A stretch of 42,101 nucleotides of DNA from Alphaproteobacteria bacterium (lineage in GTDB: Bacteria; Pseudomonadota; Alphaproteobacteria; JBCCNR01), in the NCBI GenBank assembly GCA_047627635.1, contig JBLHTX010000003.1, forward strand, positions 1 to 42,101, in the 5' to 3' direction. Both the position numbers and the translations under genes were made by a program. Under the pieces are notes generated by a model that was not told where the DNA came from, made no database searches, and saw nothing but the letters and a program-made list of their open reading frames with translations. Shown one piece after another: positions 19,570-27,728 of the stretch (the first letter of the stretch is position 1; each line of letters begins with the position of its first letter).

Positions 19570-19680
19570 TGGCTGCCCTTACTGAACGAAATTAGAACCA
19601 ATCCAGAGCAGCGCGTGCTGATAATATATCACAAAATCAATCGTGCAAACAGTAACTTTTTGTATCGGTTGGCGGCGTAG
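19570..19680 (+). pseudogene. Displaced C-terminal tail of the serine recombinase
   Basis: Open frame from the att core: WLPLLNEIRTNPEQRVLIIYHKINRANSNFLYRLAA*, in the same phase (TGG CTG = WL) as the recombinase frame at 21797. Confidence 0.65.
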
Positions 19681-19733
19681 CAAACGTTTTGATATTACTT
19701 CTAATCTTATCTCAATGAGATGGGAGGATTTAC

Positions 19734-19799
19734 ATTTTTTGTAAAAAACAGTCAATCTTAGTACGCGTGCCTACCAAGGAATTTGAGGTAAAAAATTGA
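19734..19799 (+). pseudogene. Decayed N-terminus of a serine recombinase
   Basis: GGAGG at 19723 followed by ...SILVRVPTKE..., which resembles the catalytic (Y/L)ARVSTxEQ motif with Ser replaced by Pro. Confidence 0.45.
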
Positions 19800-19858
19800 C
19801 TTTAAACTAAAAAACTATATATGAGTAGTGTTAGAAACTAGTTTCCCAAAGCGATATA

Positions 19859-20650
19859 ATGAACGAAAAACCATCCCCGATTAACGTCTTTCATATTTCT
19901 CAAGCGACTACTGCTATTTTCCCAGAATTGTATCTGCGCCCCACATTTCTATTCTTTATTCAAAATGGCTCAAAGAGGATTATGAACACGCAAAACGAGA
20001 ACCTCATAGGCAAAGAAAATGACTTAATCATTTGCGCTCCAGGCTCATTCATTACAATGCAAAATAGCCCAAAATTAAATGAAAACTATCAAGCTCTTGG
20101 TCTCTCATATGAAGCGGATGTAATTAAGAAACTTTTCACTGCCCCAAGTAATCACATACCCACAAAGCCGATACAGCTTGTTAAGGACGATGACGAATCA
20201 ACAGGAGCATTGTTGGAGGCACTTCTAGATACGATTAATAGACGAAATAACTTACTGCCAGAGATATATGAATCTAGGCTGATTGAGCCCTTAATTTGGC
20301 TGAAGAAACGAAATTATTTCATTCAAACACCAAAAGGGGACCTCATAGAAAGGGTGCGCAAGCTGCTTGAGACAGATTTAGGTTATCCTTGGAGCGTTAA
20401 AAATGTGTCTGAGCAGTTTGGTATGAGTGAATCAACAATGAGAAGGCGGCTAAGAAAGTCTGGTTATGGCTTTGCTCATATATTGCTAAATGCCCGATTG
20501 GAAAAAGCACTGTCTCTTTTACAAACAACAGATATCCAAATCATCCAAATTGCTTTGGAATGCGGTTTTAAATCACACTCTCATTTTTCTGAAGCGTTCA
20601 AAAAGCGTTTCGGCATAGCCCCTAAAGCAATAAGATTTGTTCAAAATTGA
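19859..20650 (+). CDS. AraC-family transcriptional regulator (YbcM-like)
   Basis: C-terminal double HTH: WSVKNVSEQFGMSESTMRRRL...IALECGFKSHSHFSEAFKKRFGIAP. Confidence 0.93.
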   Translation: MNEKPSPINVFHISQATTAIFPELYLRPTFLFFIQNGSKRIMNTQNENLIGKENDLIICAPGSFITMQNSPKLNENYQALGLSYEADVIKKLFTAPSNHIPTKPIQLVKDDDESTGALLEALLDTINRRNNLLPEIYESRLIEPLIWLKKRNYFIQTPKGDLIERVRKLLETDLGYPWSVKNVSEQFGMSESTMRRRLRKSGYGFAHILLNARLEKALSLLQTTDIQIIQIALECGFKSHSHFSEAFKKRFGIAPKAIRFVQN

Positions 20651-20742
20651 CTGTATTTCGACAAAAAATGACCTTCAGCAAAAAGAGTGTGTTCAAGATA
20701 AGGAGTTATAATCATTATTCTAACAATTTAATTTAAGGAAAA

Positions 20743-21279
20743 ATGATGTTTAAGAAAACAGTATTTACGATAGCAACGCTTATTCTAACCAGCGCAGGTT
20801 ATGCACATGCTGAGGGTTTAAAGTTAACAAGTGACTCCATAAGAGAAGGTGAAAAACTCTCTAATGAACAAGTATTTAAAGGGTTTGGTTGTGAGGGGGA
20901 TAATATTGCACCTAAGCTTTCTTGGTCGGGTGCTCCCGAAGGGACGCAAAGTTATGCCATCACTGTTTATGATCCTGATGCCCCTACGGGCTCTGGTTGG
21001 TGGCATTGGTTCGCATTTAATATCCCATCTGATACTACCAGCATTCCCAAGGGCGGCGAACTTCCATCAGGCGCCATAACATTGAAAAACGATTATGGTA
21101 TCAAAGACTTCGGCGGTGCATGCCCGCCACCTGGAGAAGTTCATCGTTACCAGTTCACAATTCACGCATTGGATACTGAACTCGAGTTAGATTCCTCTGT
21201 GAGTAATGCGTTGGCAGGCTTTATGGTCAATTCACACAGTATTTCAACCGATACAATTACTGCTGTATTTACTCGATAG
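20743..21279 (+). CDS. YbhB/YbcL family PEBP (Raf kinase inhibitor-like) exported protein
   Basis: Signal peptide ending AHA, then YDPDAPTGSGWWHW and GACPPPGEVHRYQFT motifs. Confidence 0.94.
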   Translation: MMFKKTVFTIATLILTSAGYAHAEGLKLTSDSIREGEKLSNEQVFKGFGCEGDNIAPKLSWSGAPEGTQSYAITVYDPDAPTGSGWWHWFAFNIPSDTTSIPKGGELPSGAITLKNDYGIKDFGGACPPPGEVHRYQFTIHALDTELELDSSVSNALAGFMVNSHSISTDTITAVFTR

Positions 21280-21295
21280 TTTCTTAAGCTGTTTA

Positions 21296-21324
21296 CCTCC
21301 AATGCCGTCTATGTGCATTGGAGG
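21296..21324 (+). terminator. Hairpin after the ybhB/ybcL gene
   Basis: CCTCCAATGC / GCATTGGAGG perfect 10 bp stem with a 9 nt loop; no clear U-tract. Confidence 0.5.
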
Positions 21325-21331
21325 GTCCTAA

Positions 21332-21880
21332 AAAAACATTGGTTACCATAATCCAAAACTATTTGATTACGCAATCGAAGCGGTTAAAGAAACAAACAAA
21401 TTCAAGCAGAGCTGGCACGATGCCGAAGTTGCTGCTTTGAAGAAAGAGCATACGGAAAATCAGGCGAAGCTCGACAGGCTTTTAGACCATCTTGCAGATG
21501 GGGTTATTGATAAAAGTGACTTCAAAATGAAGAAAGAATCTATGAAGGAAAGGCAGCCAGAAATTCTTAGATTGATTGATGCCTATGACGGTGCGGATGA
21601 CGCATTTTCGAATACCATGGGAAAACTGCTCAAGTTCGCTTCAGCAGCGCATCATGGCTTCGCAGGTTCGAACATAGAGGAAAAGCGGGAATTGCTGAAA
21701 TTTGTATTTTCGAACCTAGAGCTAAAAGGCTCAACCCTTTGTTATACCTTGAACTTTCCGTTCGACAGCTTCGAGAATTTGGCTAAAACTAAAGAATGGC
21801 TGGGGTACCAGGATTCGAACCTGGGATGGCGGAATCAAAATCCGCTGCCTTACCGCTTGGCTATACCCCAATTTTGTTAA
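21332..21880 (+). pseudogene. C-terminal fragment of a large serine recombinase, reading through the antisense strand of tRNA-Gln
   Basis: Frame is open from 21332 without a start codon: coiled coil KLDRLLDHLADGVIDKSDF and EEKRELLKFVFSNL...FPFD. Catalytic and recombinase domains are absent; the last ~27 aa derive from tRNA antisense sequence. Confidence 0.8.
21797..21870 (-). tRNA. tRNA-Gln (TTG)
   Basis: Reverse complement TGGGGTATAGCCAAGCGGTAAGGCAGCGGATTTTGATTCCGCCATCCCAGGTTCGAATCCTGGTACCCCAGCCA. Confidence 0.97.
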
Positions 21881-22024
21881 ATGCTTATAGCCTCATTTAT
21901 TACGAGATGCAACCCCTTATTACAAAAAAATAACTTTTTTTAAAAACCATCAAAAATAAGATTAATCATTTAAAAAAAATAAATTTACCTATATAAACAA
22001 TAAAAAATCTATGGTGTTTGTCTT

Positions 22025-23239
22025 ATGTCAGCTTCTTTTCCTAACCCCTATAATCTTCCTGATGCACAAGGTCACTTTGCCGAATTTGGCGGTCGATTCG
22101 TTGCCGAAACATTGATGCCTCTTATTCATGCTGTTGAAAAAACTTACTATGATGCAAAAAAAGATCCTGCCTTTAAAAAAGAATTTAACTACTTGCTTAA
22201 ACATTATGTCGGTCGCCCTTCCCCACTTTATTATGCTGAAGGCTTAACTGATTACCTTAAAGGGGCAAAAATTTATTTCAAACGTGACGAGCTTAATCAT
22301 ACGGGCGCACATAAAATTAATAATACCTTGGGGCAAATTTTATTAGCAATGCGTATGGGGAAAAAACGGATTATTGCAGAAACAGGTGCAGGACAGCACG
22401 GCGTTGCCACAGCAACCGTATGTGCACGATTTGGCTTAAAATGCATTGTCTATATGGGGGCAGCCGATATTGAGCGTCAAAAACCGAATGTATTTCGTAT
22501 GAAATTATTGGGGGCACAAATTATTCCTGTAACATCGGGGGCAGGAACCTTAAAAGATGCCATGAACGAAGCCCTCAGAGATTGGGTCACGAACGTCCAT
22601 GATACATTTTATATTATTGGCACGGCAGCAGGTCCACATCCCTATCCTGAAATGGTGCGTGACTTTCAATCGGTTATCGGCACAGAAGCCAAAGAGCAAA
22701 TTTTAGAACAAGAAGGCAGATTGCCCGATTCCCTTTTTGCCTGTATTGGTGGTGGATCAAATGCCATTGGCTTGTTTCACCCTTTCTTAAATGATGAATC
22801 TGTGGCAATTTATGGCGTTGAAGCTGCTGGTAAAGGGATTCATACAACACAACATGCTGCATCTATCGCTGGTGGGCGTTCGGGTGTTTTACACGGCAAC
22901 CGTACTTATTTATTAATGAATGATGATGGTCAAATTCAAGAGGCACATTCCATTTCAGCAGGGCTTGATTATCCTGGCATTGGTCCTGAACATGCTTATT
23001 TAGCGCAATCAAAACGGGTTACCTATTTATCGGCAACCGATCAAGAGGCACTTGAAGCTTTTAAAATATGTTGCAAAACCGAAGGCATTATCCCAGCCCT
23101 CGAGCCATCACACGCATTATCAAAAGTAATTGAGTACGCTCCAAAGCTAGGCAAGGATCATGTTTTAATTATGAATTTATGTGGCCGTGGCGATAAAGAT
23201 ATTTTTACCGTTGCTGAAGCTTTGGGTATTGAGATATAG
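22025..23239 (+). CDS. trpB: Tryptophan synthase beta chain
   Basis: [25 protein letters not shown] and [13 protein letters not shown] motifs. Confidence 0.98.
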   Translation: MSASFPNPYNLPDAQGHFAEFGGRFVAETLMPLIHAVEKTYYDAKKDPAFKKEFNYLLKHYVGRPSPLYYAEGLTDYLKGAKIYFKRDELNHTGAHKINNTLGQILLAMRMGKKRIIAETGAGQHGVATATVCARFGLKCIVYMGAADIERQKPNVFRMKLLGAQIIPVTSGAGTLKDAMNEALRDWVTNVHDTFYIIGTAAGPHPYPEMVRDFQSVIGTEAKEQILEQEGRLPDSLFACIGGGSNAIGLFHPFLNDESVAIYGVEAAGKGIHTTQHAASIAGGRSGVLHGNRTYLLMNDDGQIQEAHSISAGLDYPGIGPEHAYLAQSKRVTYLSATDQEALEAFKICCKTEGIIPALEPSHALSKVIEYAPKLGKDHVLIMNLCGRGDKDIFTVAEALGIEI

Positions 23240-23275
23240 TTTAATAATAAAAAAATATATAATTTATTTTTAATA

Positions 23276-23304
23276 TTTACTTAATTTTTAATTTAATATA
23301 CAAT
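23276..23304 (+). promoter_or_regulatory. Putative sigma70 promoter
   Basis: TTTACT-N17-TACAAT upstream of ORF 23341. Confidence 0.5.
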
Positions 23305-23340
23305 GAATACATGAAAAATATATTAAATTAGGATTAAATT

Positions 23341-24246
23341 ATGGAAAAAGATCGGGCGATTACTTTAATAAGCAAAAAAGTAAATAACAATGCAGAAAAA
23401 ATGGTATTTTACGCATATCAAATCATGAAAAGATTAAAGCCTAACTCTAAGCCCACTCTATATTTACAAAAATTAAAAAATATTCTCAAGGAAGCGAGTA
23501 AAGGAGATTCAAAAGGTGCTATTCAGCTGATTAAAAATGCTACCGCAGAAATATTAGAAGAAAAAGATAAAACAACAACAAAACTTCTTTCTAGAATCAT
23601 AGAGAAAACGAACTTAAATTCAGGCACGGTGCAAATTATTTGTTGCTTTATGACATCTAAGGTTTTATCCAAAAAACTGCCCGATAAAAATCCTTTAAAA
23701 GAACCTGAAAAATTAACCAATAACACAGATAATCATAAAGCTTTACCTAATGATACTGATTTTCTAGATCAAATCGGATTAGTTGTGGATAATATGTGTG
23801 GTGGTTTTGCTGATAATACACTCGATACTGTTCAAAACAACCTTGTTGAACATATACTTTTAAGTGATGAAGAATATGATGCATTTAAGTTAATTATCAA
23901 AAACAACTATATTTCGGAGTTATTACACAATTTTTTCCCACAAGAGGATAACAAAGCTATAATAAATGCACTCGATAAAAATTTAAATATTACCCCAAGG
24001 TCATTAATAAAAAAGACTTTATCCAATTTATCTCTCTCTAGTATAGGGAGCTCATTGAGCCAAAGATCAATATTAGCAGGGAGGCCCGATGATACTTTTT
24101 ATCGAGAGCAAGAAGCCACACCCAAAACATCAAAAGGCATTAATCCTTTTTCAAGAAGAAATTCAGGGGCATCTCAGTCTTCTGGTCAATCAAGTCAGCA
24201 ACCAACTTATAATTGCATCACTCAAAACCGCTGTATAATCTCATAG
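23341..24246 (+). CDS. Hypothetical protein with a Ser-rich tail and C-terminal CaaX motif
   Basis: 301 aa ORF with AGGA RBS; ends ...TQNRCIIS*. Confidence 0.7.
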   Translation: MEKDRAITLISKKVNNNAEKMVFYAYQIMKRLKPNSKPTLYLQKLKNILKEASKGDSKGAIQLIKNATAEILEEKDKTTTKLLSRIIEKTNLNSGTVQIICCFMTSKVLSKKLPDKNPLKEPEKLTNNTDNHKALPNDTDFLDQIGLVVDNMCGGFADNTLDTVQNNLVEHILLSDEEYDAFKLIIKNNYISELLHNFFPQEDNKAIINALDKNLNITPRSLIKKTLSNLSLSSIGSSLSQRSILAGRPDDTFYREQEATPKTSKGINPFSRRNSGASQSSGQSSQQPTYNCITQNRCIIS

Positions 24247-25263
24247 TTTAGCAATAAATATAAGGTGATTACTTAGGGCCTCAGCACTTAAAAAAGCGGC
24301 CTCAACACCTTGAATATCTTTATGTTCTGTATCTTGGCACCAATCAGCACACACCCCAATATTTGCTGCTGTATCCCATAAAAAGGATTCGTTGATTGGT
24401 TGACTTATTTTTGCATACCGCCATCTATGCGTTGAAATATAATCAACTGTGAGGCTTTCCATATTCAGTAATTTCAAAGTATAATCCCGTAAAAATGCTT
24501 GTTTTTCAGGAATATCATCATCAATATGCGTAAGGGCCCATTCAGCCTGAGACTGTATCAGAAGCGACGCGCCTTGTGATGGTCTATGGGGCTTGTCTGA
24601 ATTGACAATAATTTTATCAATCACAGGATCATCACATATAAAAATCCCTGTCTGTGTTTTTAAAGCATCAGGACTACCCAGCATAAGACAATAAGCAGGT
24701 GCAAGTAGAACATCATCTAGCTTAGGGCGATAGGTGACATGATCCGGTAATAAATGCAAAGTTTGTGGTGCTGGTGCTGTCAGAATAACCGCATCGAAAT
24801 CATCATAGGTTACTTGATTTTTATCTGTAAGTGTTGTTAAATTATTGTTATTTGCAACAGATTGAATTTCAGTATTAAGATGCAAAGTTATCATGTCAGC
24901 AATATTTTTATATAAATATTTCGCAATATCATTCATCCGTGACCAACCCACATAATGGGTTTCAAACCATGCACGTTTAAAAGAGGGCGCATTAAGGCTT
25001 AACGATTCTATTTTAGGATTCCATTCAGCTGCAATTTTATGGTGACAAAGCTGATGCATAAATTCTTTAAATTTTTCTGTGCGTGCCGTAATATAAGGGG
25101 CACCATGATCAAACTCGTATATATCGGCATAACGCGTTGAAGTGCGTCCACTAATGCCGCGTGATTTTTCAAATAATGTAACATTAAATGTATTATGAAG
25201 CTGTGTGGCACACATTAACCCAGAAATGCCAGCACCAATAATTGCAATATTTTTTTTAGTCAT
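24241..25263 (-). CDS. FAD/NAD(P)-dependent oxidoreductase, renalase-like
   Basis: IIGAGISG, FEKSRGISGRTSTR, FDHGA, HRWRYA and GVEAAFLS motifs. Confidence 0.88.
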   Translation of the reverse strand: MTKKNIAIIGAGISGLMCATQLHNTFNVTLFEKSRGISGRTSTRYADIYEFDHGAPYITARTEKFKEFMHQLCHHKIAAEWNPKIESLSLNAPSFKRAWFETHYVGWSRMNDIAKYLYKNIADMITLHLNTEIQSVANNNNLTTLTDKNQVTYDDFDAVILTAPAPQTLHLLPDHVTYRPKLDDVLLAPAYCLMLGSPDALKTQTGIFICDDPVIDKIIVNSDKPHRPSQGASLLIQSQAEWALTHIDDDIPEKQAFLRDYTLKLLNMESLTVDYISTHRWRYAKISQPINESFLWDTAANIGVCADWCQDTEHKDIQGVEAAFLSAEALSNHLIFIAKL

Positions 25264-25414
25264 TTTATCAAAGCTTATCTTGTGAATTTATATTGATTTT
25301 AAGCATATCTAAAATTAAGAATTTTGCCAATATTAAGTTTGATTTGTGAAAATAATGAACCACATAATTAAAAATTGATAAAATAGTAAAAGCTATTAGC
25401 TTATAATTAACCGT

Positions 25415-25429
25415 TTAAGACTAGATTAA
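25415..25429. promoter_or_regulatory. CtrA-box-like motif
   Basis: TTAA-gactaga-TTAA, 17 nt before the start of the J-domain gene. Confidence 0.4.
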
Positions 25430-25446
25430 GACTAATTATTATAGAT

Positions 25447-25929
25447 ATGAGCATTTTAAAAATGACTGACTTTACACTAGGTAAGTTAAAAACCCCCATT
25501 GAGATTCAGCATGTCAATGGTGATGTCACTTTTTGCTTTGTATTTTTAGATAGTCCAGAAAATTTATATGTGTATATAACATCTATAAAAGATTTTTTAC
25601 CTGTCATGATTCTATCGAATGACCTTATGTATATTGCCAAATCTGATATTAAAGCATTTAAAATGTTTAGCAATGAACACTCTCAAAAGGGATATATTTG
25701 GTCTTTTGATCCTTATATTGTCATGGGAGTAGACCCTGAAATATCACTTAAAAATTTACATACACATTATATAGGGCTTTTGAAACAAGTCCATCCCGAT
25801 ATCATTGATGATAAAAAAATACATCATGTTTTCAAAGATATTGCATCTGATATAACGCGTCGTATTATCAGTGCATACGAATTTATTAGAGCAGAAAAAT
25901 TGTCAGAGGAATCTAATCATGACAAATGA
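25447..25929 (+). CDS. Protein with a C-terminal J (DnaJ) domain
   Basis: DPYIVMGV...LLKQVHPD...TRRIISAYEFI. Confidence 0.8.
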   Translation: MSILKMTDFTLGKLKTPIEIQHVNGDVTFCFVFLDSPENLYVYITSIKDFLPVMILSNDLMYIAKSDIKAFKMFSNEHSQKGYIWSFDPYIVMGVDPEISLKNLHTHYIGLLKQVHPDIIDDKKIHHVFKDIASDITRRIISAYEFIRAEKLSEESNHDK

Positions 25930-26422
25930 AACATTTAATTATAGAAACAAAACCCAGCAAGTCCCCAAATTAAGACATGAGATTATTGTTAAAATGTCTG
26001 ATGGTCATGTTTTTTGTGGTCGTATTTTTATTGGCTTCAACGAACGTGCCCTAGATGTTATTAATGATACACGCCCTTTTATCCCAATCGAGCTTGAAAA
26101 TAACCAGATTATTATTATTGCTAAAACACAAATTATGATGATTGATGCAATTGAAAAAACCTCTGAAAATTCTAGTAAATTTGATCCATCGCTTTATAAA
26201 TCGATGTTATTTGATAAGGAACAATATTATAGCAAATCACTAGAAAATAATGAATTACCGAACCTAGAAGACCAAAAAAATCATGCTATTAATCAATATT
26301 GTGAAAAAGTAATGAGCATCTTAAATAATGATTTGTTTCAAGAAAAAAGAAAAATAGACTCCGAATTTGATCAAAATATCAATGATATTATAGAATATTT
26401 AGAATATAAATCTACTGAATAA
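25919..26422 (+). CDS. Hypothetical protein; N-terminal domain paralogous to the upstream gene
   Basis: GAGGA RBS and ATG at 25919; IIVKMSDGHVFCGRIF...RPFIPI...IIAKTQI aligns with IEIQHVNGDVTFCFVF...KDFLPV...YIAKSDI. Confidence 0.7.
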   Translation: MTNETFNYRNKTQQVPKLRHEIIVKMSDGHVFCGRIFIGFNERALDVINDTRPFIPIELENNQIIIIAKTQIMMIDAIEKTSENSSKFDPSLYKSMLFDKEQYYSKSLENNELPNLEDQKNHAINQYCEKVMSILNNDLFQEKRKIDSEFDQNINDIIEYLEYKSTE

Positions 26423-26443
26423 AAAATATACAATGAGGAACGC

Positions 26444-27718
26444 ATGGTAAATTTAACATCTTTAAAAAAAATTGAAAAATCACAAACATTGCTTATTAAT
26501 GAGCAATCACGGTTCTTGGAAAAAGGAGGAGTTGATGTTATTAAGTTTGGCTTTGGCCAATCGCCGTTTTTACCCCCCGAAACAGTGATTAATCAGCTTA
26601 AAGAATCGGCTCACTTAAAAGAATATTCTCCTGTTCAAGGTATTGAAGAACTTAGAGAGCAAGTTGCATTGTTCCATAATAAAATTGATGATTTAAATAT
26701 TACGAAAAAAGATGTCTTTATTGCCCCCGGCTCAAAATCACTCATTTATTCAGTCTTAGCAAGTTTCGACAAAGCTGATGTTTTAATTCCTGCCCCTTCC
26801 TGGGTATCCTATGTACCGCAATCTTATTTGGCTGGGCATCATATTATTACGGTTGAAACAGATTATGATAATCGTTGGCGCATAACACCACAAATGCTAG
26901 AAGATGCGATATCAAGCAAGCATAATATTAATGCGCCGACACTTTTAATTTTAAATTATCCGGGAAATCCTGATGGATTAACATATTCCGAGGCTGAACT
27001 TAAATCATTCTCGCAAATATGTCGTAAGCATAATATTTTGGTTATTTCTGATGAGATTTATGCCTTGCTTAATCATACAGGTAGTCATCACTCGCTTGCC
27101 AAATATTATCCCGAGGGCACAATTATCACATCTGGCTTATCCAAATGGTGTGGTGCAGGCGGTTGGCGGTTAGGTACTGCCTTGTTACCGAGCAACATTC
27201 AGCAAGATTTTAAAGAAACATTACTAGGCATTGCATCTGAAACATATTCATGTGCACCAACGCCCGTGCAAAAAGCCGCAATTGAGGCATATCGCTATGA
27301 TAATACAATTCAAGATTATGTCGTTAATCAAAGAAAAATTCTAAATATTCTGGGGAATTATGCAGCCAATACTTTATCAGATGCAGATATAAAAACTTAT
27401 AGCCCTCAAGGCGCGTTTTACCTGTTACCAGATTTTGAATTACATCGAGAAAAACTAGCCCGCAACCATATTCATACATCAATTGATTTATGTAGTCGCA
27501 TCCTAAAAGATACTGCTGTTGCCCTCTTGCCTGGTACAGCCTTTGGCATGCAGCCGCATTATTTAACTGCAAGACTTGCCTATGTCGATTTTAATGGCAA
27601 TGATGCCCTTAGTGAAATTAATAGCTTGTCAAATAGTGCTGACATTCTCAATCATTCAGGTGCAAAAGTTAAATTAGGCATTGAACGCATCATTAATTGG
27701 GTCAAGCAATTACAATAA
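26444..27718 (+). CDS. PLP-dependent aminotransferase class I/II (aspartate aminotransferase-like)
   Basis: PSWVSY, NYPGNPDG, SDEIY and SKWCGAGGWRLG motifs. Confidence 0.9.
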   Translation: MVNLTSLKKIEKSQTLLINEQSRFLEKGGVDVIKFGFGQSPFLPPETVINQLKESAHLKEYSPVQGIEELREQVALFHNKIDDLNITKKDVFIAPGSKSLIYSVLASFDKADVLIPAPSWVSYVPQSYLAGHHIITVETDYDNRWRITPQMLEDAISSKHNINAPTLLILNYPGNPDGLTYSEAELKSFSQICRKHNILVISDEIYALLNHTGSHHSLAKYYPEGTIITSGLSKWCGAGGWRLGTALLPSNIQQDFKETLLGIASETYSCAPTPVQKAAIEAYRYDNTIQDYVVNQRKILNILGNYAANTLSDADIKTYSPQGAFYLLPDFELHREKLARNHIHTSIDLCSRILKDTAVALLPGTAFGMQPHYLTARLAYVDFNGNDALSEINSLSNSADILNHSGAKVKLGIERIINWVKQLQ

Positions 27719-27728
27719 AATGTTATAT

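Larger units (their letters stand above)
19570..21802. mobile_element. ~2.2 kb degenerate integrative element in the 3' end of tRNA-Gln
   Basis: TGGCTG direct repeat at 19570-19575 and 21797-21802 (the tRNA 3' end), serine recombinase remnants at both ends, and araC/ybhB cargo in between. Confidence 0.75.

Noticed and set aside
21851-21862. YRLA appears in both the tRNA-antisense tail and the displaced tail
   Set aside because: The two copies lie at different offsets from the att core, and one is dictated by the tRNA D-arm; probably coincidence.
21437-21880. 147 aa ORF as an intact stand-alone gene
   Set aside because: Recombinase-like sequence continues upstream of the TTG without a start, and the end is tRNA antisense; it is a gene fragment.
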